From Gemmatimonas sp. (GTDB taxonomy: Bacteria; Gemmatimonadota; Gemmatimonadetes; Gemmatimonadales; Gemmatimonadaceae), in the NCBI GenBank assembly GCA_965279375.1, contig OZ257156.1, positions 768,001 to 832,000 on the forward strand: a stretch of 64,000 nt of DNA, in the 5' to 3' direction. A program made the translations under genes and the position numbers. How positions within the stretch are numbered: position 1 is the stretch's first letter; each line of letters starts with the position of its first letter. The notes under the pieces are model-generated. The model was not told the origin of the DNA. It did not search any database and saw only the letters and a program-made list of their open reading frames with translations. Of the stretch, positions 55,913 through 64,000 are shown piece by piece.

Positions 55913-58489
55913 ATGCGTCTCACTTCATTGTCTCTGGCGGCAGCCGGGCTCGCGCTCGCTGCGTGCGCCAAGCCGACGCCACCTGCGGCGCCTGCCCCAA
56001 CGCCGGCTCCGACGCCCGCCCCCACCGCCGGTCGCGGCGGCGGCGGCGGCGGCGCGCCTGCACCCGGTGGCGGGTTTGGCGGCGGTGCCGCGCAAGGCGC
56101 TCCGGGCGGCGCGAACGCGCAAGATCCAGCGCCGCGTCCGTACGCCACCGTCATCACACCGCGCGCCGTCTCCAAGAAGGGCGTCTTTGGCGTCCATCAA
56201 GTCGGCAGCCGCCTCTACTTCGAAATCCCGCGCAGCGAACTGGGCAAGGATTTCGTGATCGTGTCCACGCTCAACGCGACGCCGGAAGACATCGGCATTC
56301 GCGGCACGCAGGGCGGCAACAACCTCGTGCGCTTTGAACGGCGCGACAATCGCGTGCTCGTGCGTGAGGCGGCGTACGGCGAGTTCAACTCCGACACGTC
56401 CACCGCGGGCAAGAAGGCGTTCGAGCTGATCTCGCTCACCAAGATTCTCGCCGCGTTCAACGTCGAAGCGTACGGCGCCGACAGCGCGGCCGTCATCGAA
56501 GTGACGCGCATGTTCACCGGCGGCGTTCCGGAGTACACCGCACTTGGCGCGCGCGCGACGGTCGATGCGACGCGTTCGTTCGTCGAGCGCTTCTCGGCGT
56601 TCTCGCGCAACGTGAATGTCACCGCCGTGCAGACGTTCACGCCGCAGGCCGCGCCGGCCGCAGCGCCCGGTGGCGGTGGTGGTCGTGGTGGTGCAGGTGG
56701 CGCGCCCGGCGCGACGACCGAGCGATATACGTTCTCCATCGCCAAGCTGCCGGACGTCCCGATGAAGCCGCGCATGCTCGACGAGCGCGTCGGCTACTTC
56801 GGCGTCACGCAGCGCGATTTCTCCGGCGCGTATCAGCGCGTGGAGACCAAGCGCATGATCTCGCGCTGGCGTCTCGAGTGCTCTGACCGCAAGGTCGGGA
56901 ATCTCTGCGTGCCGGTGAAGCCCATCACGTACTACCTCGATCCCGCCACGCCGGCGTGGATCAAGCCATGGATCAGGAAGGGCATCGAAGATTGGCAGGT
57001 GGCGTTCGAAGCGGCCGGATTCTCCAAGGGCATCGTGGCGGCTGAAGCGCCGGCCGATCCGGAGTTCAGCGGTGAAGATGCGACCGTCGCGATGGTGCGC
57101 TGGCTGCCGTCTCCCACGGAGAACGCTGTCGGTCCAAGCCTCAAGGACCCTCGCACCGGCGAGATCATCGACGCCGACGTGCAGACGTATCTCAACGTCA
57201 TGAACCTCGCGCGCTCGTGGTACTTCACGCAGGCGGGGCATCTCGACAAGCGCACGCACAAGTTCCCCTTCCCCGATTCGCTGATGGGGCGCCTCGTGGA
57301 ATACGTGACGGCGCACGAAGTCGGACACACGCTGGGCTTCCCGCACAACTTCAAGGCGAGCTCGATGTATCCAGTCGACTCGGTGCGCTCGAAGACGTGG
57401 GTGGCCAAGATGGGCCACACGCCCACGCTGATGGACTACTCGCGGTTTAACTACGTAGCGCAGCCGGAAGACAACATCGCGCTGGACGACCTGATCCCGA
57501 AGGTTGGCCCCTACGACAAGTACGCCGTGATGTGGGGCTACAAGCCGCTGCCGAACGCCAAGACCTCCGACGACGAGAAGGCGACGCTCGACAGCTGGTC
57601 CAAGATGCAGGACACGATTCCGTGGTATCGCTTTGCCAGCGACGCCGGTGCTGGTGGCGCTGATCCGGGCGAGCAGTCCGAAGCCGTCGGCGATGCCGAT
57701 GCGGTCAAGGCGACCACGCTGGGCGTGAAGAATCTCAAGCGCACGATGGCCATTCTCGAGCAGGCCACGGCGTGGAAGGAGGGCTCCACGTACGACGACC
57801 TCGAAGAGATCTATGGTCGCACCGTTGGGCAGTGGGCAACCGAGATGGGGCACGTCGCGCGCATCGTCGGTGGCGAGTACAAGCAGGAGAAGCTGGTCGG
57901 CCAGAAGGGTCTCGTGTTCCGCAACGTGGAGCCGGCACGGCAGCGCGAGGCCGTGAAGTTCCTGCTCGACAATGCATTCACGACGCCCACGTGGCTGCTC
58001 GACGAAAGCATTCTGCGAAAGATCGAAGCGAGCGGCTCGCTCACTCGCGTCGGCAGCGCGCAGGCCCGTGCGCTGACCGGCCTCGTCGCAAACGATCGCT
58101 TGGCGCGCATGGTCGAACTGGAAGCGATGGCCAAGAGCAAAAGCGACGTGTATCCCGTCGCGGACATGCTCGCCGATCTTCGTAAGGGCCTCTGGAGCGA
58201 AATCGCGACCGGCAGCGACATCGACGCGTTTCGTCGTCGGCTGCAGCGCCTCTATCTCGAGGCGATGGCCAGCAAGATCAATCCGCCGGCGGCCGCACCT
58301 GCTGCCGCGTTCCCCGGAGCACCGGCGCCGGTGACGACGGCGGATGTTCGCCCGATCCTCAAGGCGGAGATGCGCGCACTCGACGCCGACCTCGCCGCGG
58401 CGATCAGCAAGACGAACGACCGGATGAGCAAGGCGCATCTCGAAGATGCGCGCGATCAGATTCGCAAGATGCTCGACCCGAAGGACTGA
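55913..58489 (+). CDS. Zinc-dependent metalloprotease lipoprotein (EcxA/DUF5117-DUF4953-like), paralog 1
   Basis: LAAC lipobox; MKPRMLDERVGYF, DPRTGEIIDAD, HEVGHTLGFPHN and LMDY Met-turn. Confidence 0.88.
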   Translation: MRLTSLSLAAAGLALAACAKPTPPAAPAPTPAPTPAPTAGRGGGGGGAPAPGGGFGGGAAQGAPGGANAQDPAPRPYATVITPRAVSKKGVFGVHQVGSRLYFEIPRSELGKDFVIVSTLNATPEDIGIRGTQGGNNLVRFERRDNRVLVREAAYGEFNSDTSTAGKKAFELISLTKILAAFNVEAYGADSAAVIEVTRMFTGGVPEYTALGARATVDATRSFVERFSAFSRNVNVTAVQTFTPQAAPAAAPGGGGGRGGAGGAPGATTERYTFSIAKLPDVPMKPRMLDERVGYFGVTQRDFSGAYQRVETKRMISRWRLECSDRKVGNLCVPVKPITYYLDPATPAWIKPWIRKGIEDWQVAFEAAGFSKGIVAAEAPADPEFSGEDATVAMVRWLPSPTENAVGPSLKDPRTGEIIDADVQTYLNVMNLARSWYFTQAGHLDKRTHKFPFPDSLMGRLVEYVTAHEVGHTLGFPHNFKASSMYPVDSVRSKTWVAKMGHTPTLMDYSRFNYVAQPEDNIALDDLIPKVGPYDKYAVMWGYKPLPNAKTSDDEKATLDSWSKMQDTIPWYRFASDAGAGGADPGEQSEAVGDADAVKATTLGVKNLKRTMAILEQATAWKEGSTYDDLEEIYGRTVGQWATEMGHVARIVGGEYKQEKLVGQKGLVFRNVEPARQREAVKFLLDNAFTTPTWLLDESILRKIEASGSLTRVGSAQARALTGLVANDRLARMVELEAMAKSKSDVYPVADMLADLRKGLWSEIATGSDIDAFRRRLQRLYLEAMASKINPPAAAPAAAFPGAPAPVTTADVRPILKAEMRALDADLAAAISKTNDRMSKAHLEDARDQIRKMLDPKD

Positions 58490-58505
58490 TAGCGCAACGA
58501 CGACG

Positions 58506-58550
58506 CAAAGCGCCCGCGACGAGCATGACGTCGCGGGCGCTTTGTGTTTC
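58506..58550 (+). terminator. Intrinsic terminator
   Basis: CAAAGCGCCCGCGACG / CGTCGCGGGCGCTTTG 16-bp stem followed by TGTTT. Confidence 0.8.
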
Positions 58551-58662
58551 AGACATGCGTGACCGCGTTGCGCGCTGTTACAGCGCGGGAATGGAGCGTT
58601 CCTGACACGGCATCGGTCCGACGCTTGGGACGAGTTGTTACAGGGTTAATGAGTCTTAACGC

Positions 58663-58689
58663 TAATGCGCTTCTCCAACTTGCCGATAA
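58663..58689 (+). promoter_or_regulatory. sigma28 (FliA)-type promoter of the MCP gene
   Basis: TAAT-N15-GCCGATAA versus consensus TAAA-N15-GCCGATAA. Confidence 0.7.
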
Positions 58690-58757
58690 AACGGTTGATC
58701 CCACTTCGACAACCTTCTCGGGATCAACGCAGATCTCTCGACGTGGAGAATCGGAGC

Positions 58758-60872
58758 ATGAAGCAGTGGTTCAACAACCTCAAGATCGGTTCAAAGCTGC
58801 AAGTCACCGTTGGTATCGTCATCGCCGGCATGACTGCGCTGGGCATCTTCTCTGTTCGACAGCTCTCCGTTGTGAACAAGCAGTCCACTGCTATTGCTGA
58901 AGATTGGCTGCCTGGAGTCGAGCGTATCGCAGCACTGAAGAACGAGATCATCGAGTACCGCAGCCTGCACTACAGTTTCATTGCCGCACAGAATGACGCC
59001 GGCCGGGCCAAGGTTCAGTCGGCGCTCGATGCGCAGCGCGAACACTTCATCAAGCGCGCGAAGGAGTACGAGGCGACGATTACCCTCGACAAGCACCGCG
59101 AGCTTTTCGCCGTGTACTCCAAGGAAGCTGACGGATTCCTCGCGGCATGGCCGCCGATTGAAGCAGTCGCCAAGACCGGCGACGTCGCGCAGGCCGAGGC
59201 GCTCATGAGCGGCGAGATTGCCCAGCGGTTCGAAACCCTGAACGGGACGCTCGACAAGCTCGTCGCGCTGAATCATGACGAGAGCGTCGCTGCCAGCGCG
59301 CTGGCAGATCGGCTCTATGCGCGCGCCATGTACGGCATCATCGCCGGAATCGCCGTGTGCGCACTGCTCGGGCTCGCGCTGGCATGGCTCGTCGGGCGCC
59401 AGATCTCGCACGCCGCGACCCTGGTTCAGCGCCAGGCGCATTCCCTCTCGAGTATCTGCGTGACTGGGCTCCGCTCAGGGCTCGATGCCCTCGCACGCGG
59501 CGACACCTCGATCAGGCTCGAGGCGAAGACCACGCTGATCGGCTCGAAGGTCAACGACGAGATGGGCAAGATCGCCCAGACTGTGGATTCGCTCATTCTG
59601 AGCACCCAGGCAAACATCGTTGCCTTCTCGGAGACGCAACGCATCATCGAGTCGATGCTTGCAGAGACGCGCACCTTGGCGTCGTCCGCGCAGCAAGGCG
59701 AGCTCGCCGCACGCGCCAACGACTCTCGCTATGAGGGTGCCTACCGCGAGCTCCTGTCTGGCATGAACGGCGTGATGAATGCCGTCGCCACCCCCATCGA
59801 CGAAGCACGCACGGTGCTGGCGCAGGTCGCCGATCGCGACCTCACCCCGCGCATGAACGGCTCCTACCACGGCGACTACGAACAGCTCAAGACGTCGATC
59901 AACTCCTCCATCGAGAACATCGCCGACACACTTTCGCAGGTGCTGAATGCCGCCGAGCAGGTCTCGTCGGCGGGCACACAGATCAGCAGCGCGAGCCAGT
60001 CATTGGCTCAGGGCTCCAGCGAACAGGCCGCCGGTATCGAGGAGATCTCGTCGAGCACGACGGAGTTTGCGAGCATGGCCAAGCAGAACGCGGCCAGCGC
60101 CAATGAAGCCTTGGCACTCGCCGAGAGCGTGCGAGCGAACGCATCGGAAGGACACGCGCGCATGAATCGCCTGACGGAAGCGGTCGAAGACATCCAGCGC
60201 GGCAGCAACGAGACGGCCAAGATCGTGAAGACGATCGAGGAGATCGCTTTCCAGACCAACCTCCTCGCACTCAATGCGGCTGTCGAAGCGGCGCGCGCCG
60301 GCGACGCAGGACGCGGCTTTGCCGTGGTTGCGGACGAAGTCCGTGCTTTGGCGATTCGCTCCGCCGAAGCCTCCAAGACGACGGCCGACCTGATCGAACG
60401 CGGCCTGTCCAATTCGCAGCGCGGCGTGGCCTTGAACGCGGAAGTGATGGGCAGCCTGCAGCAGATCAACACGCAGGTGCAGCAGGTCACGGTGGTCATC
60501 GCCGAAATCGCCGCATCGAGCGGACAGCAGTCGGACGGCGTGCAGCAGATCAACGCGGCCGTCGATCAGCTCAACGGAACGACGCAGCAGGTTGCGTCCA
60601 ACGCCGAGGAGTCGGCCAGCACCGCCGAGGAGCTTTCCAGCCAGGCAGCCATGTTGCAGTCGATGGTGGCGCAGTTCCGTCTCGAGCAGAGCAAGTCGGT
60701 CCGATCGGCCGGACGTCGGAGCGTCGCACCTACGCGCGGAACCTCACGTACGAGCAACGCACGTCCGAGCACCCCGCGTGCGTTGGCTTCTTCCACGTCG
60801 CACAGCAGCTCGGCGGGAGCCGCGGTTATCCCGTTCGACGCGGACGATGACGACGTGTTGTCGGTGTTCTGA
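58758..60872 (+). CDS. Methyl-accepting chemotaxis protein (4HB sensor, HAMP domains, signalling domain)
   Basis: Two TM segments; [47 protein letters not shown] before ATG 58758. Confidence 0.95.
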   Translation: MKQWFNNLKIGSKLQVTVGIVIAGMTALGIFSVRQLSVVNKQSTAIAEDWLPGVERIAALKNEIIEYRSLHYSFIAAQNDAGRAKVQSALDAQREHFIKRAKEYEATITLDKHRELFAVYSKEADGFLAAWPPIEAVAKTGDVAQAEALMSGEIAQRFETLNGTLDKLVALNHDESVAASALADRLYARAMYGIIAGIAVCALLGLALAWLVGRQISHAATLVQRQAHSLSSICVTGLRSGLDALARGDTSIRLEAKTTLIGSKVNDEMGKIAQTVDSLILSTQANIVAFSETQRIIESMLAETRTLASSAQQGELAARANDSRYEGAYRELLSGMNGVMNAVATPIDEARTVLAQVADRDLTPRMNGSYHGDYEQLKTSINSSIENIADTLSQVLNAAEQVSSAGTQISSASQSLAQGSSEQAAGIEEISSSTTEFASMAKQNAASANEALALAESVRANASEGHARMNRLTEAVEDIQRGSNETAKIVKTIEEIAFQTNLLALNAAVEAARAGDAGRGFAVVADEVRALAIRSAEASKTTADLIERGLSNSQRGVALNAEVMGSLQQINTQVQQVTVVIAEIAASSGQQSDGVQQINAAVDQLNGTTQQVASNAEESASTAEELSSQAAMLQSMVAQFRLEQSKSVRSAGRRSVAPTRGTSRTSNARPSTPRALASSTSHSSSAGAAVIPFDADDDDVLSVF

Positions 60873-60969
60873 CCTCCGGATCCGTGGCCGGAGCGCGGAC
60901 ACGGGGCTGAAGACGCAAATGAAGATTTGGTAAGCCGTCTCGCCGGCTTGCCGACAGGCTTCTAGAATC

Positions 60970-61005
60970 AGGGTGCCCGCCGAGTGTGCGGGCACCCTTT
61001 CTCTA
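60970..61005 (+). terminator. Terminator-like hairpin between the MCP and second protease genes
   Basis: AGGGTGCCCGC / GCGGGCACCCT 11-bp stem followed by TTCTCT. Confidence 0.6.
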
Positions 61006-61016
61006 TTCCCCCCCAA

Positions 61017-63629
61017 ATGCGATTCGCATCCCGCTCGCTGGTGGCCGCACGGCTGGTGGCCGCTGGGTTCCTGCTCGCGTCGTGCCGCCCGGCCGCCAAG
61101 CCCGCCGCACCGACTCCGGCCCCGAACCGTCCTAACGCTGGTGCCCCAACGCCCGGCGCGCCTACGCCCGGCAATCCGACGCCTGGTACGCCCACCCCGG
61201 GCGCGCCCGGACAGCTACCCGGCGGCGCCCCGAATCTCGGCGCACTCGCCGGTGCGCTGGCGGGCGGCGGTGACCCCAATCCGCGCCCGTACGCGACGGT
61301 GATCACGCCGCGCGCGAAGAGCAAGAAGGGGGTGTTCGATGTCCACCAGATCGGCTCCCGACTCTACTTCGAGATCCCGGCCGACCAGCTGAACAAGGAC
61401 TTCGTCATCACCTCGGTGCTCGCCGGCACCGCCGCCAGCATCGGCATCAACGGCACGCTCGGCACCGACAAGGTCATTCGGTTCGAGCGTCGCGAGAATC
61501 GCATCTTCGTTCGCGACATCAACTACGACAACGTCGCCACCGACACCTCGCTGTCGACGGCGCGCGCGATGTCGCTGATCGGCGTCTTCCCGATCATCAC
61601 CGCGCTGAACGTGGAAGCGTATGGCAAGGACAGCGCGGCCGTGGTGGAAGTGACGCGCATGTTCACCGGCGGCGTGCAGGAGTTCGTCGCGAACGGACGT
61701 CGCGCCAATGTGGACGCGACGCGCTCGTACATCGATCGCTACGCCGCCTTCTCGCGCAACGTCAACGTGACGGCGGTGCAGACGTACACGCCGCAGGGTG
61801 GCGCGGGCGGCCTGCCCAACATCCCGGGCCTCACCCTCGGCGGCGGCCCCTCGGCAGTCACTGAAGCGTTCACCTTCTCGATCGTGCGTCTGCCGGACGT
61901 CGCGATGATGCCGCGTCTGATGGATGCACGCGTCGGCTTCTTCGGCGAGACCAAGACCGACTTCGGCTCGCCCGAGCAGCGCGTGCTGCCGCGTCGCTAC
62001 ATCGCGCGCTGGCGCCTCGAGTGCTCGGACAAGATGGAAGGCAACCTCTGCGTGCCCAAGAAGCCGATCACGTACTATGTCGATCCGGCCACGCCGAACT
62101 GGCTCAAGCCGTACATCAAGGCGGGCATTGAAGAGTGGCAGGCCGCGTTCGAACTGGCCGGCTTCAGCAAGGGCATCGTCGCGGGCACCGTCCCCAACGA
62201 TCCGGATTTCTCGGGTGAAGACGCCTCGGTGGCAATGGTGCGCTGGCTGCCGTCGCCGGTCGCCAATGCCGTCGGACCGAGCACCGTGGATCCGCGCAGC
62301 GGCGAAATCATCGACGCCGACGTGCAGATGTATCACAACATCATGGACCTGCAGCGTGAGTGGTACTTCTCGCAGGTGGGCCATCTCGACAAGCGCGCGC
62401 AGACCTTCCCGTTCCCCGATACGCTGATGGGCAAGCTGGTGCAGTTCGTGGCCGCACACGAAGTCGGTCACACGCTGGGCTTCCCGCACAACATGAAGGG
62501 GAGCTCGACGTATCCGGTGGATTCCATCCGCTCCAAGACGTGGATCGCGAAGATGGGCCACTCGCCGTCGATCATGGACTACGCGCGCTTCAACTACATC
62601 GCGCAGCCGGAAGACGGCATCGCCCTCGGCGACCTCATCCCCCGCGTCGGTCCGTATGACAAGTACGCCGTGATGTGGGGCTACAAGCCGATCGCCGGTG
62701 CCCGTACGCCGGAAGCCGAGCGCGCCACGCTCGACTCGTGGTCGCGCATGCAGGACACGGTGCCTTGGTATCGCTTTGGTGGCGGTGCGATCGATCCGGG
62801 CGAACAGTCGGAAGCGATTGGCGACGCCGATGCCGTGAAGTCCACGCGCCTCGGCTTCAAGAACCTCAAGCGCATCGTCGATCTCGTCGTGCCGGCGTCC
62901 ACCATGGACAAGACGGCCGACTATTCACTGCTCCGCGCCACGTACGGCGGCGTGCTCAATCAGTGGGCCACCGAAGCGCAGCATGTCACGCGCATCGTCG
63001 GCGCCATGAACAAGCAGGAAAAGGCGGTCAGCCAGAACGGACCGGTGTTCACGGCCGTGTCGCGCGCACGTCAGAAGGAAGCAGTGCAGTTCCTCAACGA
63101 CGAAGTGTTCACGACGCCGACGGCGATGATCAAGCCGGACATCCTGCGCAAGCTCGAATCCGACGGCAACATCAACCGCGTCAGCGGAGCACAGGGTCGC
63201 GTGCTGGGCTCGCTCGTGGCGAACGCCAAGTTGCAGCGCATGGTGGAGTTCGAAGCGATGTCCACCAACAAGGCGGATGTCTATCCACTCGGCGAGATGC
63301 TGACCGATCTCCGTCGCGGTCTCTGGAAGGAGATCTACACGGGTGCCCCGATCGACGCGTACCGTCGTCGCCTGCAGGCCACGTACGTCGAGGCGATGGC
63401 CAGCAAGATCAAGCCGCCCGCGCCAAGCGCGCAGGAACTGGCGATCGCGCAAATCATCGGCGGCGGCGTGGTGAACACCCGCGACTTCCGCCCGCTGCTC
63501 AAGGACGAAATGCGTACGCTCGATCGTGAGCTGGCGGCGGCCGTCGGCAAGACCAATGATCGTACGACGCGCGCGCATCTGAGCGACGTGCGCGATCAGA
63601 TCAAGGCGATGCTGGATACGGACAAGTAG
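61017..63629 (+). CDS. Zinc-dependent metalloprotease lipoprotein (EcxA/DUF5117-DUF4953-like), paralog 2
   Basis: LASC lipobox; PTPG repeats; DPRSGEIIDAD, HEVGHTLGFPHN, IMDY; colinear with 55913-58489. Confidence 0.88.
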   Translation: MRFASRSLVAARLVAAGFLLASCRPAAKPAAPTPAPNRPNAGAPTPGAPTPGNPTPGTPTPGAPGQLPGGAPNLGALAGALAGGGDPNPRPYATVITPRAKSKKGVFDVHQIGSRLYFEIPADQLNKDFVITSVLAGTAASIGINGTLGTDKVIRFERRENRIFVRDINYDNVATDTSLSTARAMSLIGVFPIITALNVEAYGKDSAAVVEVTRMFTGGVQEFVANGRRANVDATRSYIDRYAAFSRNVNVTAVQTYTPQGGAGGLPNIPGLTLGGGPSAVTEAFTFSIVRLPDVAMMPRLMDARVGFFGETKTDFGSPEQRVLPRRYIARWRLECSDKMEGNLCVPKKPITYYVDPATPNWLKPYIKAGIEEWQAAFELAGFSKGIVAGTVPNDPDFSGEDASVAMVRWLPSPVANAVGPSTVDPRSGEIIDADVQMYHNIMDLQREWYFSQVGHLDKRAQTFPFPDTLMGKLVQFVAAHEVGHTLGFPHNMKGSSTYPVDSIRSKTWIAKMGHSPSIMDYARFNYIAQPEDGIALGDLIPRVGPYDKYAVMWGYKPIAGARTPEAERATLDSWSRMQDTVPWYRFGGGAIDPGEQSEAIGDADAVKSTRLGFKNLKRIVDLVVPASTMDKTADYSLLRATYGGVLNQWATEAQHVTRIVGAMNKQEKAVSQNGPVFTAVSRARQKEAVQFLNDEVFTTPTAMIKPDILRKLESDGNINRVSGAQGRVLGSLVANAKLQRMVEFEAMSTNKADVYPLGEMLTDLRRGLWKEIYTGAPIDAYRRRLQATYVEAMASKIKPPAPSAQELAIAQIIGGGVVNTRDFRPLLKDEMRTLDRELAAAVGKTNDRTTRAHLSDVRDQIKAMLDTDK

Positions 63630-63675
63630 TCTCTTGAGGTCTGAGCGCTTGGCTTGCGTGAGGGATTGGCAGAGC

Positions 63676-63827
63676 GGATAGAAACAGCAACTGCATTGGT
63701 ACTGCCGATTACACGGATGAAAAAGGAAACGCACGGATACTGCGGAGTGGACATCACTCGCTGTATCCGTGCGTTTCCCAGTTAAATCCCTGTTATCGGC
63801 AGTTCCATGCAGTTGCAGTTCCTATCC
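63676..63827. repeat. ~150-bp imperfect inverted repeat (REP/MITE-like; possible bidirectional terminator)
   Basis: Nested arms: GGATAG/CTATCC, GCAACTGCAT/ATGCAGTTGC, ACTGCCGAT/ATCGGCAGT, GGAAACGCACGGATAC/GTATCCGTGCGTTTCC, GAGTG/CACTC. Confidence 0.75.
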
Positions 63828-63872
63828 CCTCAACTGCATCGCCTTACGCGACCACGGCAGTCATCCGCCGCG

Positions 63873-64000
63873 TCAGTACCCCGGATTCTGCGTCAGATTC
63901 GGCGATGTGCGCGTGTCACGCAGCGGAATCGGGAACAGCGCCTGCCCCGGACGATCGGAGAAGCCCTTCACGGTCATCGCGCGACCCAGCCGATTCAGGT
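63873..64000 (-). CDS. 3' end of RagB/SusD family nutrient-uptake outer membrane protein (partial)
   Basis: Manual translation: LNRLGRAMTVKGFSDRPGQALFPIPLRDTRTSPNLTQNPGY*, the typical SusD/RagB C-terminus. Confidence 0.8.
   Translation of the reverse strand, partial: LNRLGRAMTVKGFSDRPGQALFPIPLRDTRTSPNLTQNPGY

Noticed and set aside
55925..58438. 837-aa minus-strand ORF
   Set aside because: Antisense shadow of the metalloprotease gene; such shadows are common in high-GC DNA and this one has no recognisable motifs.
61110..61230. Short tandem repeats as a possible CRISPR or VNTR
   Set aside because: They encode a PTPG(A/N/T) linker with degenerate codons; there is no repeat-spacer structure and no cas gene.

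Overview
GC-rich bacterial chromosomal window; the gene repertoire (many secreted/lipoprotein peptidases, VPS10-like propellers, SusD, HDOD, MCP) suggests Gemmatimonadota (inference, not verified). About 36 protein-coding genes can be supported. I found no rRNA, tRNA, CRISPR array, integrase or transposase. Most of the window encodes secreted hydrolases and peptidases (Ntn acylase, tricorn-like S41, amidohydrolase, BNR/VPS10 protein, Ig/PPC zincin, two paralogous EcxA-like zincins), small detox/regulatory modules (MarR-CatE, SPFH-Arc), a stand-alone SoxCD-like pair and an MCP. The standout is a ~21 kb, six-gene, translationally coupled minus-strand operon (33923-54897) of proteins of unknown function with no signal peptides, built around a 3295-aa DUF6603-like protein. 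Non-coding highlights: a multi-stem leader RNA candidate before an ankyrin gene, a 30-bp palindromic operator before the SPFH-Arc operon, two sigma28-like promoters, a leaderless marR promoter and several long hairpin/REP-like elements. All family assignments come from motif recognition by eye; no database searches were run. Start codons were often moved downstream of the ORF-track start.
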